Source of the DNA: Alphaproteobacteria bacterium
GTDB taxonomy: Bacteria; Pseudomonadota; Alphaproteobacteria; Micavibrionales; Micavibrionaceae
Length of the DNA: 32,000 nucleotides
Assembly: GCA_046542355.1 (NCBI GenBank)
Contig: JBKHBN010000001.1
Coordinates: 129,215-161,214 of the forward strand
Reading direction: 5' to 3'
Shown: piece by piece, positions 1 through 10,701 of the stretch
Position numbering within the stretch: position 1 is the stretch's first letter
Layout of the letters: the number at the start of each line of letters is the position of its first letter
Made by a program: the position numbers and the translations under genes
Notes under the pieces: model-generated
Seen by the model: only the letters and a program-made list of their open reading frames with translations
Told to the model about the DNA's origin: nothing
The model's database searches: none

Positions 1-1
1 T

Positions 2-217
2 CCTTCAAAACGTGGCAAGGGATTTGGAAAAAAACTGCTACAAAAGGCCATTCCCTATCTGGCCTATCACGGCATTGACTCAGCGCTCATCACCATCGAC
101 CCCAAAGATGGAGCAGCAAACCGCATAGTCCAGTTTTGCGGCGGCACGCTGGAAGACACACTCCCGGCCACTGACAAATTCCCCGAACGCAACCGCTACT
201 GGATGGACTGCACATAG
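2..217 (+). CDS. GNAT family N-acetyltransferase, C-terminal fragment (5' end is outside the window)
   Basis: The frame is open from the window edge to TAG at 215-217. The translation PSKRGKGFGKKLLQKAIPYLAYHGIDSALITIDPKDGAANRIVQFCGGTLED... carries the acetyl-CoA-binding R-x-x-G-x-G motif (RGKGFG) of GNAT motif A. It is absent from the ORF track because no start lies in the window. Confidence 0.6.
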   Translation, partial: PSKRGKGFGKKLLQKAIPYLAYHGIDSALITIDPKDGAANRIVQFCGGTLEDTLPATDKFPERNRYWMDCT

Positions 218-232
218 CGCAGTATTAAAATA

Positions 233-2272
233 ATGGCATCTGGAAAAAAGAACAAAAAAAGCAATAGGAAAAAACGCGCCAAATCAGCACCTGCAGCAAA
301 GAAAAGCAGCGCGCCATCCAGATCCGCACGCAAAAAAGCAGGCGATAAAAAAACGGAAAACAAAAAACGCGCCCTATCGATAATAATATTACGCTGGGGC
401 TTCATATTGAGCATATGGGCAATGGTATTCCTGATCGCAACCCTGCTCTGGTTTGCTCGTGATTTACCGGACATAACCCGCTCGGCGACATTTCAGCACC
501 GCCCTTCTATTATATTGCTCGCAGCCGATGGAAGCGAATTTACCCGCTATGGCGACAGCAAGGGACAGACACTACGCGCTGAAGATCTGCCGCCCTATCT
601 AACGCAAGCGGTCATAGCAACAGAAGACCGTAGATTCTACACGCATCCAGGTATTGATATTCTGGGCATCACCCGCGCTATGATCGTGAACATATCAAAA
701 GGCCGCTTTGCACAAGGCGGATCAACAATTACGCAACAACTGGCAAAAAACCTCTTCCTCAGCCATGAACGAAAGCTCACCCGAAAAATTAAAGAAGCTA
801 TGCTGGCCATCTGGCTGGAACAAGAACTAACAAAAAACGAAATCCTGAGCGCCTATATGAACCGCGTCTATCTGGGTTCAGGCACATACGGTTTTGAAGC
901 CGCCGCCCAGCATTATTTCGGCAAATCGGCAAAAGACGTAACTCTGCGCGAGGCCGCTGTTCTGGCAGGCCTGCTCAAAGCGCCATCAAAATACTCCCCG
1001 CATAATAGTCCAAAGCTTGCCATAAAACGCTCTAATCTGGTGCTCAATTCCATGGTTGAAGCAGGATATATAGAGAAAGAAGCCATCCAGAAGGAAGGCA
1101 TCGTAATGTCTCTGCCAAACAAAGCGCGCAATGATCAGCGCACAGCGCGCTACTTCACCGAATGGATCATCAACAACCTCGAAAAAACCATCGGCGCACC
1201 GGACACAGACATGATCGTACAAACAACGCTGGATATAAACACCTATCGCCGCGCGCATAGCGTGCTAACAAATGCGATAAAAAACACAAATGAGATGGAA
1301 TTCGTGTCTCAAGGTGCTGTGCTTGTCATGCAGCCTGATGGAGCCGTCACCACCATGATCGGCGGATACGACTATACACAAAGCCAATTTAACCGCACAA
1401 CCCAAGCACGAAGACCGCCCGGATCCGCATTCAAGACCATCATCTATCTCAGTGCTTTAGAAAAAGGATGGCACCCCGATGACATTATTCTGGACGTCCC
1501 TATAGCAGAAGGTCAATACCAACCAAAAAATTTTGCAGGTCAGTATTACGGCGAAGTAGCCCTAAGAACAGCGCTCGCAAAATCAATGAACACGGCAACA
1601 GTGCGCCTGTGCGATAAAGTTGGAATTGACAACATCATTCACAAGGCGCGCAAGCTTGGAGTCACATCAGACATGGAAAGAAACCTCAGCCTGTGTCTGG
1701 GCAGTGCAGGTATATCAATGATAGAAATAGGACAGGTCTACACCAGCATCGCCAATAACGGATACGAAATATCCCCTTATGGAATCGTTAATATAAAAAC
1801 ACCCGACGGACAACTCATATATGAACGAGAAGCACCGCCAAGATATGAGCGAGTCATAAGCCCAAGCCACGTGCGCGACTTGTCCGCTATGCTTCGAGAC
1901 GTCATCACAAACGGTACAGGTCGCGCCGCAATACAGAACTTCCCCGTCTATGGAAAAACAGGAACATCACAGGACTACCGCGACGCATGGTTTGCTGGTT
2001 TTTCTGAAAATGCCACAGTCATCGTCTGGCTTGGAAATGACAACAACAGCCCCATGCGCGGCATCACCGGTGGCGGTTTGCCAGCGCACATATTTGCGCA
2101 AATCATACCCGCTGCGCATCAAAGCATATCTCCGATAACATATCCCTCAAAAACCCGAAACAATAACGACATCAGCTTCACAAGAATGCTCGATCGCATC
2201 TTCTCTGCCGGTGAAAACGCTACGGCCAACAAGAAAAAACGCAAAGACGATTTCTCTCATCTCAATGATTAA
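233..2272 (+). CDS. Class A penicillin-binding protein (PBP1A family; glycosyltransferase plus transpeptidase)
   Basis: 679-aa ORF with ATG at 233. Lys-rich cytoplasmic tail and one TM segment. GT51 motifs (EDRRFYTHPGID, GGSTITQQLAKN). Transpeptidase motifs SAFK (SxxK), SMN (SxN) and KTGTS (KTG). Confidence 0.9.
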   Translation: MASGKKNKKSNRKKRAKSAPAAKKSSAPSRSARKKAGDKKTENKKRALSIIILRWGFILSIWAMVFLIATLLWFARDLPDITRSATFQHRPSIILLAADGSEFTRYGDSKGQTLRAEDLPPYLTQAVIATEDRRFYTHPGIDILGITRAMIVNISKGRFAQGGSTITQQLAKNLFLSHERKLTRKIKEAMLAIWLEQELTKNEILSAYMNRVYLGSGTYGFEAAAQHYFGKSAKDVTLREAAVLAGLLKAPSKYSPHNSPKLAIKRSNLVLNSMVEAGYIEKEAIQKEGIVMSLPNKARNDQRTARYFTEWIINNLEKTIGAPDTDMIVQTTLDINTYRRAHSVLTNAIKNTNEMEFVSQGAVLVMQPDGAVTTMIGGYDYTQSQFNRTTQARRPPGSAFKTIIYLSALEKGWHPDDIILDVPIAEGQYQPKNFAGQYYGEVALRTALAKSMNTATVRLCDKVGIDNIIHKARKLGVTSDMERNLSLCLGSAGISMIEIGQVYTSIANNGYEISPYGIVNIKTPDGQLIYEREAPPRYERVISPSHVRDLSAMLRDVITNGTGRAAIQNFPVYGKTGTSQDYRDAWFAGFSENATVIVWLGNDNNSPMRGITGGGLPAHIFAQIIPAAHQSISPITYPSKTRNNNDISFTRMLDRIFSAGENATANKKKRKDDFSHLND

Positions 2273-2303
2273 ATATTCCAAAAAAACAAAACACGCCAGA
2301 GCG

Positions 2304-2741
2304 TTAAATAGACGGTATCCCCGAACGCGCCAACGCATCCGCTCGTTCATTCTCAGGATGACCGGCATGCCCCTTAACCCAGATAAATTCAACCCTGTGT
2401 TTTTGGGTCAAAGCATCAATCTGCTGCCACAATTCCTGATTCTTCACCGCCTTTTTCGAAGCTGTCTTCCATCCTTTAGCCTTCCATCCCTCAAGCCACT
2501 GGGTGATTCCCTGCAAAACATATTTGCTATCCGTGTAAAGCTTAACGTTCGAAGGCTTCGTCAAAGCCTCAAGAGCCTGAATAACAGCCATCATTTCCAT
2601 GCGGTTATTGGTGGTCTTGACCTCGCCGCCACATAATTCCTTCTCATGCCCATTATACCGCAGCAACGCTCCCCAGCCACCAGGCCCCGGATTTCCACTA
2701 CACGCGCCATCTGTATATATTTCTACAATACCGCCACTCAT
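2304..2741 (-). CDS. rnhA: Ribonuclease HI
   Basis: The conserved RNase H sequence starts at the internal ATG at 2741 ([27 protein letters not shown]...[13 protein letters not shown]...[19 protein letters not shown]). The 74-aa N-terminal extension in the ORF track overlaps the upstream gene and is not RNase H-like. Confidence 0.9.
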   Translation of the reverse strand: MSGGIVEIYTDGACSGNPGPGGWGALLRYNGHEKELCGGEVKTTNNRMEMMAVIQALEALTKPSNVKLYTDSKYVLQGITQWLEGWKAKGWKTASKKAVKNQELWQQIDALTQKHRVEFIWVKGHAGHPENERADALARSGIPSI

Positions 2742-2769
2742 GCCCCCAGTGATAAGGGGTAATGCAGAG

Positions 2770-3540
2770 CTAGTCCAGATAATCGGCAATGATATCAACA
2801 AATTCCTGAGCCGAAGACACACCATCAAACCTACTGGCCGGAACCGTGACACCATAAAGATCGGCCAAACGCTGATATTTAGGCTTACGAGCTTCAAACA
2901 AACGAGGAAAAACCCAACGGGAAAATGCGTCCGGCTCCATTTGCTCAGCCCCTTGCAAACCATGTTCTTTCAAGTACTCATCAATCTTCTGAAGTAAAAA
3001 AGAACGCGGAAAAAACAAAGGCTTTGGATAATCCTGCGCCCGCTGCAACACAACACGCTCCGCGGCCTCATCAGTCTTCAGATACACAAACAAAGTCCTT
3101 TGCCCAACATCCCGAATAAGATCCTCATCCTCGATCTCGCACAAACTCCCCGTCGAATCATGAACAAACGCGCCTAGCCCTTGATCCATAACCGCTCCCA
3201 TCTCCTTTAGGGCAGCGACCTCTGCATCATAATAAGCTTTCTGACGCTCAAGAAACAAATCAAGAAAATGCCCGCCCTGATCAGGATTGCCCAACTTGCC
3301 AAGATAAGCATGCAACGCAGAGATATTCTCTGCACTAAAAGGCGCAGCGTTACTATCATTGCTGTAAGGGGCAAGCACGTCTTTTAGATATGTCTCTCCA
3401 ATCACATAATCACAGGAAAAATTCCGCCACCCCCATTCCTCCAAACGACAAGACAAAAAAGTTTTTCCCGCACCCGACATACCAATGAGGGTAACCGCCT
3501 TCTGTGGATTATCCAAAAATTCCTGCTTCGATATTTTCAT
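2770..3540 (-). CDS. P-loop NTPase, shikimate-kinase-like fold, function unknown
   Basis: 256-aa ORF. Walker A GMSGAGKT lies in an N-terminal context ([20 protein letters not shown]...CDYVIGE) resembling shikimate or gluconate kinases, but the protein is about 80 aa longer. Short gaps to ispH (33 nt) and rnhA (28 nt) suggest co-transcription. Confidence 0.7.
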   Translation of the reverse strand: MKISKQEFLDNPQKAVTLIGMSGAGKTFLSCRLEEWGWRNFSCDYVIGETYLKDVLAPYSNDSNAAPFSAENISALHAYLGKLGNPDQGGHFLDLFLERQKAYYDAEVAALKEMGAVMDQGLGAFVHDSTGSLCEIEDEDLIRDVGQRTLFVYLKTDEAAERVVLQRAQDYPKPLFFPRSFLLQKIDEYLKEHGLQGAEQMEPDAFSRWVFPRLFEARKPKYQRLADLYGVTVPASRFDGVSSAQEFVDIIADYLD

Positions 3541-3573
3541 CCCGCCTCACTTTCTTTTTCAAATCAACATACC

Positions 3574-4533
3574 CTAGGCCAATATTTTCGGAAGCTTAAA
3601 AAAAACATCTTCCTGCGCTACAACAACCGAGCGCATCTCAACCTCAAAACGCGCACGCGCCAGCTCAACCACCTCATCGATCAAAATCTCGGGAGCCGAA
3701 GCGCCGGCACTAATCCCAAGCACGTTCACGGCATCAAACAAGCTCCAGTCAATATCACTGGCACGCTCAACAAGCATGGCACGCTTGCAGCCATTCATCG
3801 CCGCCACCTCCACCAGACGATTAGAGTTAGAAGAATTGGGAGCGCCCAAAACCATAACCATATCACTTAGCGGCGCTATCTCCTTCATGGCCGCCTGCCG
3901 ATTGGTCGTAGCATAACATATATCTTCCTTCTTTGGTGCCTTGATAGCAGGAAAAGCCTGGCGCAACGCTGCAACAATCTCAGCCACATCATCGACAGAA
4001 AGCGTTGTTTGCGTACAATAGGCCAAAGCCTCGGGGTCGCGCACCTGCTCCTGAAGACCGGCAACATCCTCAGTGCATTCGACGAGAATCACAGCCCCTT
4101 CTGGCAATTGTCCCATAGTCCCGATCACCTCTGGATGCCCTGCATGGCCAATTAAAACGACCTGACACCCCTCTTCATAATAGCGCTCAACCTCTCTGTG
4201 CACTTTACTGACCAAAGGACAGGTCGCATCAACATACAGCATATTCCTGCGTTCAGCCTCTTGCGGCACAGCCTTGGCAACGCCATGCGCCGAGAAAATA
4301 ACAGGCCGCCCATCATATGGAATCTCATGCAGTTCCCTAACGAAAACAGCGCCCTTTTCGCGCAAACCATCCACGACATATTTGTTATGAACAATTTCAT
4401 GACGCACATACACAGGTGCACCGTATTTCTCCAAAGCACGCTCAACAATCTGAATAGCACGATGCACCCCCGCACAAAATCCGCGCGGTTCGGCCAGCAC
4501 AATTTGGAGTTTCTTCCTGAAAAGTGTCATCAC
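3574..4533 (-). CDS. ispH: 4-hydroxy-3-methylbut-2-enyl diphosphate reductase
   Basis: 319 aa. Typical IspH/LytB N-terminus [15 protein letters not shown], conserved Cys residues, and SAHGV and HPEV motifs. Confidence 0.93.
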   Translation of the reverse strand: MMTLFRKKLQIVLAEPRGFCAGVHRAIQIVERALEKYGAPVYVRHEIVHNKYVVDGLREKGAVFVRELHEIPYDGRPVIFSAHGVAKAVPQEAERRNMLYVDATCPLVSKVHREVERYYEEGCQVVLIGHAGHPEVIGTMGQLPEGAVILVECTEDVAGLQEQVRDPEALAYCTQTTLSVDDVAEIVAALRQAFPAIKAPKKEDICYATTNRQAAMKEIAPLSDMVMVLGAPNSSNSNRLVEVAAMNGCKRAMLVERASDIDWSLFDAVNVLGISAGASAPEILIDEVVELARARFEVEMRSVVVAQEDVFFKLPKILA

Positions 4534-4693
4534 TTATTGCATACTTAAAATATTTTCTCTCTCTACGAGCTATACGCGCCATGACGCCCCGGGGTCAACA
4601 TTATTTATATGTAATTCAGCCTCTTGCCTATTTTACCAATGTTGCGTAACCTGTAGCCATGTTTGGCTCACTGCATTTTTCCGGGATTATCAC

Positions 4694-5377
4694 ATGATAA
4701 CAAAAATAAAACTCCTTGCTCTTTGTCTGGCTTGTTCCATCACTCTGAGCGCCTGTCAAACCCTTGAAGGGCTAAAAGATGACGCCTACGACGTAACAGA
4801 AGGCAACATATATATTGCTGGTGTTACAAGCGACACCGCCGAACCATTGCTTCGCAGCCCCTGCCCTAAAGTTGAGATTGTCGATGATCTTAGCTCAATC
4901 AGTGATTTTTCAAACCCGCGCAAACAAATAGAGCAAAACCTGATCTCACGCGTAGACCTCAAAAGCGCCGAAAGTACGTGCAAACTCTCATCCAAAACAG
5001 CCATCGCTGATCTGAAACTGCTATTCGAAGGCAAACTGGGTCCAAAAGGACGCAACTCATCAACGGAAAAACCGTTTTTCTCCTACCCCTTCTTTGTCGC
5101 TGTCACCACCCCGACCGGACGAATTATAGCAAAAGAAATATTTGCCGCCTCAATCACATACGCCACAAATGAAGAGGAACACATATACTTTGAAAGCCTG
5201 CGCCAGATCATTCCGATCAAAAGCAAAAATCAGGCAAACAACTACCGCATCCTGATTGGCTTTCAGGTCACCCCGGAACAATTGGACTATAACCGCGAAC
5301 ATATGGTTCCAGTCGCCAGTGCTGTGGCCGCACAAAAGCGCAAACCATCACCGCCTCGCACAGCAGGCTCGAATTAA
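4694..5377 (+). CDS. Hypothetical lipoprotein
   Basis: 227-aa ORF. Signal peptide with lipobox (LALCLACSITLSAC). I recognise no family. Confidence 0.65.
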   Translation: MITKIKLLALCLACSITLSACQTLEGLKDDAYDVTEGNIYIAGVTSDTAEPLLRSPCPKVEIVDDLSSISDFSNPRKQIEQNLISRVDLKSAESTCKLSSKTAIADLKLLFEGKLGPKGRNSSTEKPFFSYPFFVAVTTPTGRIIAKEIFAASITYATNEEEHIYFESLRQIIPIKSKNQANNYRILIGFQVTPEQLDYNREHMVPVASAVAAQKRKPSPPRTAGSN

Positions 5378-5415
5378 ACCACGAACTAAACCAGCAAACA
5401 CACCGGGCCCTCACC

Positions 5416-6009
5416 ATGTCACAATTCAACCTCATGACCTACTGGCAACACGAAACGCAAGAGCATAACGAAGTCGCGCAAAAAACAATCCATACGCTGC
5501 ATACACATTTCGAAGCCATGCTAAACGCCTGCGCTAAAACCATCTCAAACAACGGAAAAATTATGTTCTGTGGCAACGGGGGTAGCGCCGCAGATGCCCA
5601 GCACCTTGCAACAGAACTCAGCGTACGATTCATCAAAGACCGCCCCGCCATTGCCGGACTTGCATTAACAACAGACACTTCAATACTGACTGCTGCCGGA
5701 AATGATTACGGCTTTGAGCACATCTTCTCCCGCCAGATCGAAGCCCTTGGACAAAAAAGAGACACCATCATAGCCATCAGCACATCAGGCAACAGCCCCA
5801 ATATTATTAACGCTATAAAAACCGCAAAAAAAAGGGGCATAACAACAATAGGGCTTTCAGGCCGCGACGGAGGGAAAATGCGCGATATATGTGATCACAT
5901 TCTTATTGTGCCCTCCCACACCACAGCGCGTATACAGGAAATGCATACCTTGCTTGGCCATATGCTGTGCGGCGCTTTGGAGCAAAAACTGGAGCTCATA
6001 AAAGCGTAA
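5416..6009 (+). CDS. gmhA: D-sedoheptulose-7-phosphate isomerase (SIS domain, GmhA/DiaA family)
   Basis: 197 aa. SIS-domain motifs CGNGGSAADAQHLATEL, AISTSGNSPN and GLSGRDGG. Confidence 0.8.
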   Translation: MSQFNLMTYWQHETQEHNEVAQKTIHTLHTHFEAMLNACAKTISNNGKIMFCGNGGSAADAQHLATELSVRFIKDRPAIAGLALTTDTSILTAAGNDYGFEHIFSRQIEALGQKRDTIIAISTSGNSPNIINAIKTAKKRGITTIGLSGRDGGKMRDICDHILIVPSHTTARIQEMHTLLGHMLCGALEQKLELIKA

Positions 6010-6135
6010 AAAACACAAACACAGGGCATAAAACCGGAATGCGACAAACTTCTTGAGAAAAAAGGACTTCTGACTTAAACTGCACTTCGCTTTTAAAAAC
6101 GAACGATAAAATATAAATACAACAAAGATATAAAA

Positions 6136-6381
6136 ATGACATCCCCTAAAGCCCTTGAAAAACTAAGCTTTGAAGATGCTCTGGAGGAACTTGAAAGCAT
6201 CGTGCGCAAGCTCGAAACGGGAGAATCTCCACTGGAAGATTCGATCTCCGCCTATGAGCGCGGAACAGCACTAAAACGCCACTGCGAAGAAAAACTCAAA
6301 GACGCCCAAGTCAAGATCGAGAAAATATCTATTGCCGAAAACGGCACAATAAACACACAACCACTGGATCGGGAAGAATAA
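6136..6381 (+). CDS. xseB: Exodeoxyribonuclease VII small subunit
   Basis: 81 aa. The stretch LSFEDALEELESIVRKLETGESPLEDSISAYERGTALKRHCEEKL is typical XseB. Its stop lies 3 nt before the ispA ATG, matching the conserved xseB-ispA-dxs order. Confidence 0.9.
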   Translation: MTSPKALEKLSFEDALEELESIVRKLETGESPLEDSISAYERGTALKRHCEEKLKDAQVKIEKISIAENGTINTQPLDREE

Positions 6382-6384
6382 AAC

Positions 6385-7296
6385 ATGGCACCATCCCTAA
6401 GAGACGCAGACCTGGGTTTGCAAAACGAAATGGACACAGTCATTCAGGCTGTAAACAAAACAATAGACTTTTTATTGCCTGAAACAGATCTGGCCGAAAA
6501 ACGTCTTTTTGATGCGATGCGCTATGGAACACTGAACGGGGGGAAGCGCTTGCGCCCTTTTCTTGTCATTCACGCAGCAGCACTCTTCAACGTCGCGCCA
6601 GCACGAGCACGCCGCGTAGCTGCCGCGCTTGAATTCCTGCATTGTTATTCACTCATCCATGATGATCTTCCGGCAATGGACGATTCCGCCTTACGTCGTG
6701 GAAAACCGACCGTCCATAAACAATTTGATGAAGCCACAGCAATATTGGCAGGCGATGCACTTCTCACACTGACCTTCGAAGTCCTCAGCGAACCGGAAAC
6801 TCACGAAGACCCGCACGTGAGGTGTGAACTTATCAGATCACTTGCATTTGGCGCCGGGGCACACGGCATGGTCGGTGGACAAATGCTGGACTTAATCGCA
6901 GAGAAAAAGGATTTTGATCTGGGCACAATCTCGCGTATGCAGCGCATGAAAACCGGAAAGCTTATGGCATTTGCCTGCGAAGCCGGAGCCATCCTTGGCA
7001 AGGCGGGTGAACCGCAACGCAAAGCCTTATGTAATTACGCCTTTGATCTGGGGCTGGCCTTTCAGGTCACAGATGACATTTTGGATGTTGATGCCGACCC
7101 TCAAGATACAGGAAAAGATACCAGAAAAGACGAGCAGGCCGGAAAAGCCACATTTGTATCAACAATGGGCAAAGAACAAGCCAAAGAACGTGCTGAAATG
7201 CTGGTTGAGCAAGCCATCAAACACTTGCGCATATTTGAGGGACGGGAAAAGCATCTTGTTGATCTTGCACTCTATGTCCTTGCCCGCAGAGCATAA
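6385..7296 (+). CDS. ispA: (2E,6E)-farnesyl diphosphate synthase (polyprenyl synthetase family)
   Basis: 303 aa. First and second Asp-rich motifs are present (LIHDDLPAMDD and FQVTDDILD). Confidence 0.9.
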   Translation: MAPSLRDADLGLQNEMDTVIQAVNKTIDFLLPETDLAEKRLFDAMRYGTLNGGKRLRPFLVIHAAALFNVAPARARRVAAALEFLHCYSLIHDDLPAMDDSALRRGKPTVHKQFDEATAILAGDALLTLTFEVLSEPETHEDPHVRCELIRSLAFGAGAHGMVGGQMLDLIAEKKDFDLGTISRMQRMKTGKLMAFACEAGAILGKAGEPQRKALCNYAFDLGLAFQVTDDILDVDADPQDTGKDTRKDEQAGKATFVSTMGKEQAKERAEMLVEQAIKHLRIFEGREKHLVDLALYVLARRA

Positions 7297-7390
7297 AAAG
7301 AAAGGCTAAACCAGCTAGCCAGCAACAAAAATTCTAACAACACTGTTTTAGTTTGCGCCCCATCTTCTTTATAGGATAAAAAAACTGACC

Positions 7391-9388
7391 ATGACTCTGG
7401 CAAAAAAAGAACCATTGGAACAAACCCAAACACCCCCGCTTTCTCAAACACAAAAAGAGAGCCTTCTGGCACGAATTAACTGCCCGGAAGATCTAAAAAC
7501 ACTTACAAACCAGCAACTTGTGTCCTTATGCAAAGAACTGCGTGATTTCATGATTGCAACAGTTGCGAAAACAGGGGGACATCTCGGCGCAGGACTTGGC
7601 GTTGTCGAGCTAAGCGTTGCCCTGCACGCTGTATTCAACGCCCCCGATGATAAAATCATATGGGACGTCGGCCATCAGGCCTACCCCCACAAAATCCTGA
7701 CAGGCCGCAAGGAAAGAATGCATACAATCCGTCAGGGATCAGGGCTATCAGGTTTTACCAAACGCGCAGAAAGCATCTACGACCCCTTCGGCGCAGGACA
7801 CAGCTCTACTTCTATTTCTGCAGGGCTGGGTATGGCCGTAGCCAGAGATCTAAATGCCTTGAACGCACCACAAAAACACGCGCGCGCTCCACACAATACA
7901 CCGCACGTCATATCAGTTATTGGCGATGGGGCACTGTCCGCAGGAATGGCATACGAAGCCATGAACAATGCCGGAAGCCTGAAAATAAATGGCAAAAAAA
8001 GCCGCCTGATTGTGATTTTAAATGATAACGACATGTCCATAGCACCGCCAGTCGGCGCCCTTAGCGCACATTTGACAAAACTTGTCTCTTCCCGTCCCTA
8101 CACCCGTGCAAGAGAAATCGCCAAAAAAATAACCGGTAAACTACCATCTCCCTTACAGCACGCCGCCAAACGCATTGAGGAGCACGCCCGCAATGCTCTG
8201 GGATCAGGAAGCCTTTTTGAAGAATTAGGGTTTTACTATATCGGCCCCGTAGACGGACACAACCTCGAAGACCTGATCGCCGTACTACACAACGTCCGCG
8301 ACAGCGCTCATAACGGCCCAATTCTGATCCACGCCGTAACCCAAAAAGGAAAAGGGTACACGCCTGCTGAAAAAGCCTCTGATAACATGCATGGCGTTAA
8401 AAAATTTGATGTCATAACAGGTGCACAAGTTAAAAAAGGCAACCAAAACGCAGCGCCAAGTTACACAAAAGTCTTTGCACAAAACCTGATTGAGTGTGCC
8501 AGAAAAGATCCAAAAATCGTAGCCATAACCGCAGCCATGCCCTCAGGCACAGGTCTGGATCTCTTTCAGGAACATTTCCCTGAACGCTGTTTTGATGTGG
8601 GCATCGCCGAACAACACGCCGTAACCTTCGCAGCCGGGCTGGCAACAGAAGGATACAAACCCTTCGTAACCATATACTCAACATTCCTGCAACGCGCCTA
8701 CGATCAAATTGTGCATGACGTTGCGCTACAAAATCTGCCCGTACGCTTTGCCATTGATCGCGCCGGTCTTGTTGGCGCAGACGGCCAGACACACGCAGGA
8801 TCATTCGATATTGCATATCTAAGCTGCCTGCCCAACATGGTTATTATGGCTGCAAGCGACGAATCAGAATTATCCCGCATGGTCGCAACAGCCGCAGCCT
8901 ATGACAAAGGCCCAATAGCCTTCCGCTATCCCCGCGGCAACGGCACCGGAATTGACATTCCACAAGCGCCTGAAGTCATTCCCATCGGCAAAGGCCGTAT
9001 AATCACAAAAGGGCAAAAAATTGCGCTCCTGAACTTCGGGGCACAACTTGCAGAATGCAAAGCCGCAGCCAAAATGATCAAAAAGAAACTTGATTTGGAT
9101 ATAACACTGGCCGATGCACGCTTTGCAAAACCTTTAGACACCGAATTAATTTGCACCCTTGCCAAAAACCATGACGCCATTATTACGATAGAAGAAGGCG
9201 CTCGCGGCGGATTTGGAGCCAGCGTTCTCGAATTTGCTTCAAATCAGGGCTTGTTAGAGAAAAATCTGAGACTCAGAACCATGACTCTGCCTGACCGCTT
9301 CCAAGATCAAGACACTCCCCAAGCCCAGCGTCAGGAAGCTGCTCTGGACGCGCAAGCCATAGCAACGCTCATTACTTCACTAATATAG
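7391..9388 (+). CDS. dxs: 1-deoxy-D-xylulose-5-phosphate synthase
   Basis: 665 aa. Contains [18 protein letters not shown], the ThDP-binding [18 protein letters not shown], and [17 protein letters not shown]. Confidence 0.95.
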   Translation: MTLAKKEPLEQTQTPPLSQTQKESLLARINCPEDLKTLTNQQLVSLCKELRDFMIATVAKTGGHLGAGLGVVELSVALHAVFNAPDDKIIWDVGHQAYPHKILTGRKERMHTIRQGSGLSGFTKRAESIYDPFGAGHSSTSISAGLGMAVARDLNALNAPQKHARAPHNTPHVISVIGDGALSAGMAYEAMNNAGSLKINGKKSRLIVILNDNDMSIAPPVGALSAHLTKLVSSRPYTRAREIAKKITGKLPSPLQHAAKRIEEHARNALGSGSLFEELGFYYIGPVDGHNLEDLIAVLHNVRDSAHNGPILIHAVTQKGKGYTPAEKASDNMHGVKKFDVITGAQVKKGNQNAAPSYTKVFAQNLIECARKDPKIVAITAAMPSGTGLDLFQEHFPERCFDVGIAEQHAVTFAAGLATEGYKPFVTIYSTFLQRAYDQIVHDVALQNLPVRFAIDRAGLVGADGQTHAGSFDIAYLSCLPNMVIMAASDESELSRMVATAAAYDKGPIAFRYPRGNGTGIDIPQAPEVIPIGKGRIITKGQKIALLNFGAQLAECKAAAKMIKKKLDLDITLADARFAKPLDTELICTLAKNHDAIITIEEGARGGFGASVLEFASNQGLLEKNLRLRTMTLPDRFQDQDTPQAQRQEAALDAQAIATLITSLI

Positions 9389-9408
9389 AACGTAATAAAA
9401 CGTAAGAG

Positions 9409-9690
9409 TTACCTCCGGTCAAGTAACACGTCACGCGCAGAATCCTCCAGCCATGCTTTCGCAAAATGCTCAGGATCTCGATCTTTAATCCACTCCAGCG
9501 CCTCACGCCGAACACCTTCCCAAATTTTACGTCTGTCACCAGCAGGATAAAGCCAGTAATTCTCATCCCAGCATTTTTCCTCCAACCCGTCGGCCCCTTT
9601 ATATTTAAAACTCTGAATAATATTTGAAATCTCGTTAGAAAAGAAACCGTAATTCTCCAGACGCGAAGACAGCCCCTGCTCCAATGTCAT
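9409..9690 (-). CDS. Hypothetical protein (start uncertain; the longest ORF starts at a TTG at 9801)
   Basis: The ORF is 130 aa from the TTG or 93 aa from the first ATG at 9690 (MTLEQGLSSRLENYGFF...). No recognisable family and no clear SD at either start. Confidence 0.4.
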   Translation of the reverse strand: MTLEQGLSSRLENYGFFSNEISNIIQSFKYKGADGLEEKCWDENYWLYPAGDRRKIWEGVRREALEWIKDRDPEHFAKAWLEDSARDVLLDRR

Positions 9691-9830
9691 GTTTGCTGAA
9701 CGCCGTTTAATAACTACCACTACAATGCCCCCGCACAAAAAATTGTCTAAACATTCCCCTTCCTTCCCAAGAAACACTTTGAACCGTACGCGAAAGTACA
9801 ACCAATCGTCAAATTAATATCTCTTATCCT

Positions 9831-9861
9831 TTGCAAGTAATCTGACGAACTTTTTTATATT
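9831..9861 (+). promoter_or_regulatory. Candidate sigma70-type promoter for the HAD hydrolase gene
   Basis: TTGCAA (9831-9836), then a 17-19 nt spacer, then TTATAT/TATATT (9855-9861), about 40 nt upstream of the ATG at 9900. Confidence 0.35.
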
Positions 9862-9899
9862 GTTGCTATAAACCGCTTTTGCCTTTAACATCCTCCCAT

Positions 9900-10661
9900 A
9901 TGAGCATAAAAAAGCCAAATATAGTGATCTTCGATATGGATGGCACAGCGGTGAGGCATCTAAACCCTCGTCTTTTGTCCATTCTGGAATTTCTGGACAA
10001 CCTGTCCTACAAATGCGCAAAACTGTTTTCATGGCTTTTCAAACGCGGAGCAAAAGGCCCGATCGTTCCCGAATGGCATGATCCCGAATGGCTGAACGAC
10101 AGCAAAAAAAAACCGCGCCTGATCGTTCACAGAGCGCTCCACAGAGTCAGGCGTAAACCCGTCGAACAAATTGTACAACCCTGTCCGGGTCTTTATGACG
10201 TTCTTGATCTCCTTCACGCCAATAACATTCCTATGGCTCTAGTCAGCAACGGACTTGGAAAAGGATACGGCCACGATATTCTCGAGAAATTCGAATTGGA
10301 ACAATATTTTAAAGCCACTATCTTCCGTGAAGACATACAAAACTCGAAACCCCACCCGGAACCAATTCTACTTGCGCTCAAGAGCATGAACGTTCCTCTA
10401 TCCGAAAACGATGTCGTTTGGTACATAGGGGATCGTCACAAAGACATCACCGCTGCTATCGAAGCCGACAAACACATAAAACCAAAAGTTGTCCCTATTG
10501 CTTTTGCTATAAGCGCAGCCTTGGCAGCCGCTCTGGAAAAGAATTTGGGAACCGATCACATAATCATGTCGTTTCACGATATGTACGACCAACTCAGACC
10601 AATGTATGAGCAAAACAAAAAACAAAGCGAAATCGAACCAAAGCTCAAGAGCGCCTGTTAA
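9900..10661 (+). CDS. HAD-superfamily hydrolase (phosphatase, subfamily IA-like)
   Basis: HAD motif I (VIFDMDGTAV) lies just after the ATG at 9900. Motif II is LVSNG, and motifs III/IV are K...GDRHKD. The ORF-track start at 9879 is a TTG, so the ATG at 9900 is preferred. Confidence 0.8.
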   Translation: MSIKKPNIVIFDMDGTAVRHLNPRLLSILEFLDNLSYKCAKLFSWLFKRGAKGPIVPEWHDPEWLNDSKKKPRLIVHRALHRVRRKPVEQIVQPCPGLYDVLDLLHANNIPMALVSNGLGKGYGHDILEKFELEQYFKATIFREDIQNSKPHPEPILLALKSMNVPLSENDVVWYIGDRHKDITAAIEADKHIKPKVVPIAFAISAALAAALEKNLGTDHIIMSFHDMYDQLRPMYEQNKKQSEIEPKLKSAC

Positions 10662-10701
10662 AAAAAACGACAACCAAACGCTACGAGGTCACATTCAAAG
10701 A

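Noticed and set aside
196-474. A 92-aa minus-strand ORF antisense to the PBP gene. Many similar antisense or out-of-frame ORFs appear in the track, for example 913-1131, 986-1258, 2211-2636, 2599-2997, 4152-4502, 4198-4548, 8061-8321, 8430-8816, 12253-12864, 13211-13564, 13583-14044, 14732-15172, 22409-22903, 24011-24433, 25312-25626, 25893-26222 and 27965-28375.
   Set aside because: All lie inside longer ORFs that have clear family signatures on the other strand or frame. Their translations are low-complexity or Arg/Ser/Cys/His-rich, as is typical of shadow ORFs. None has a convincing SD.
2742-2963. The N-terminal 74-aa extension of the rnhA ORF in the track (219 aa).
   Set aside because: The extension overlaps the 3' end of the upstream P-loop gene and has no RNase H similarity. 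The conserved RNase HI sequence begins at the ATG at 2741.
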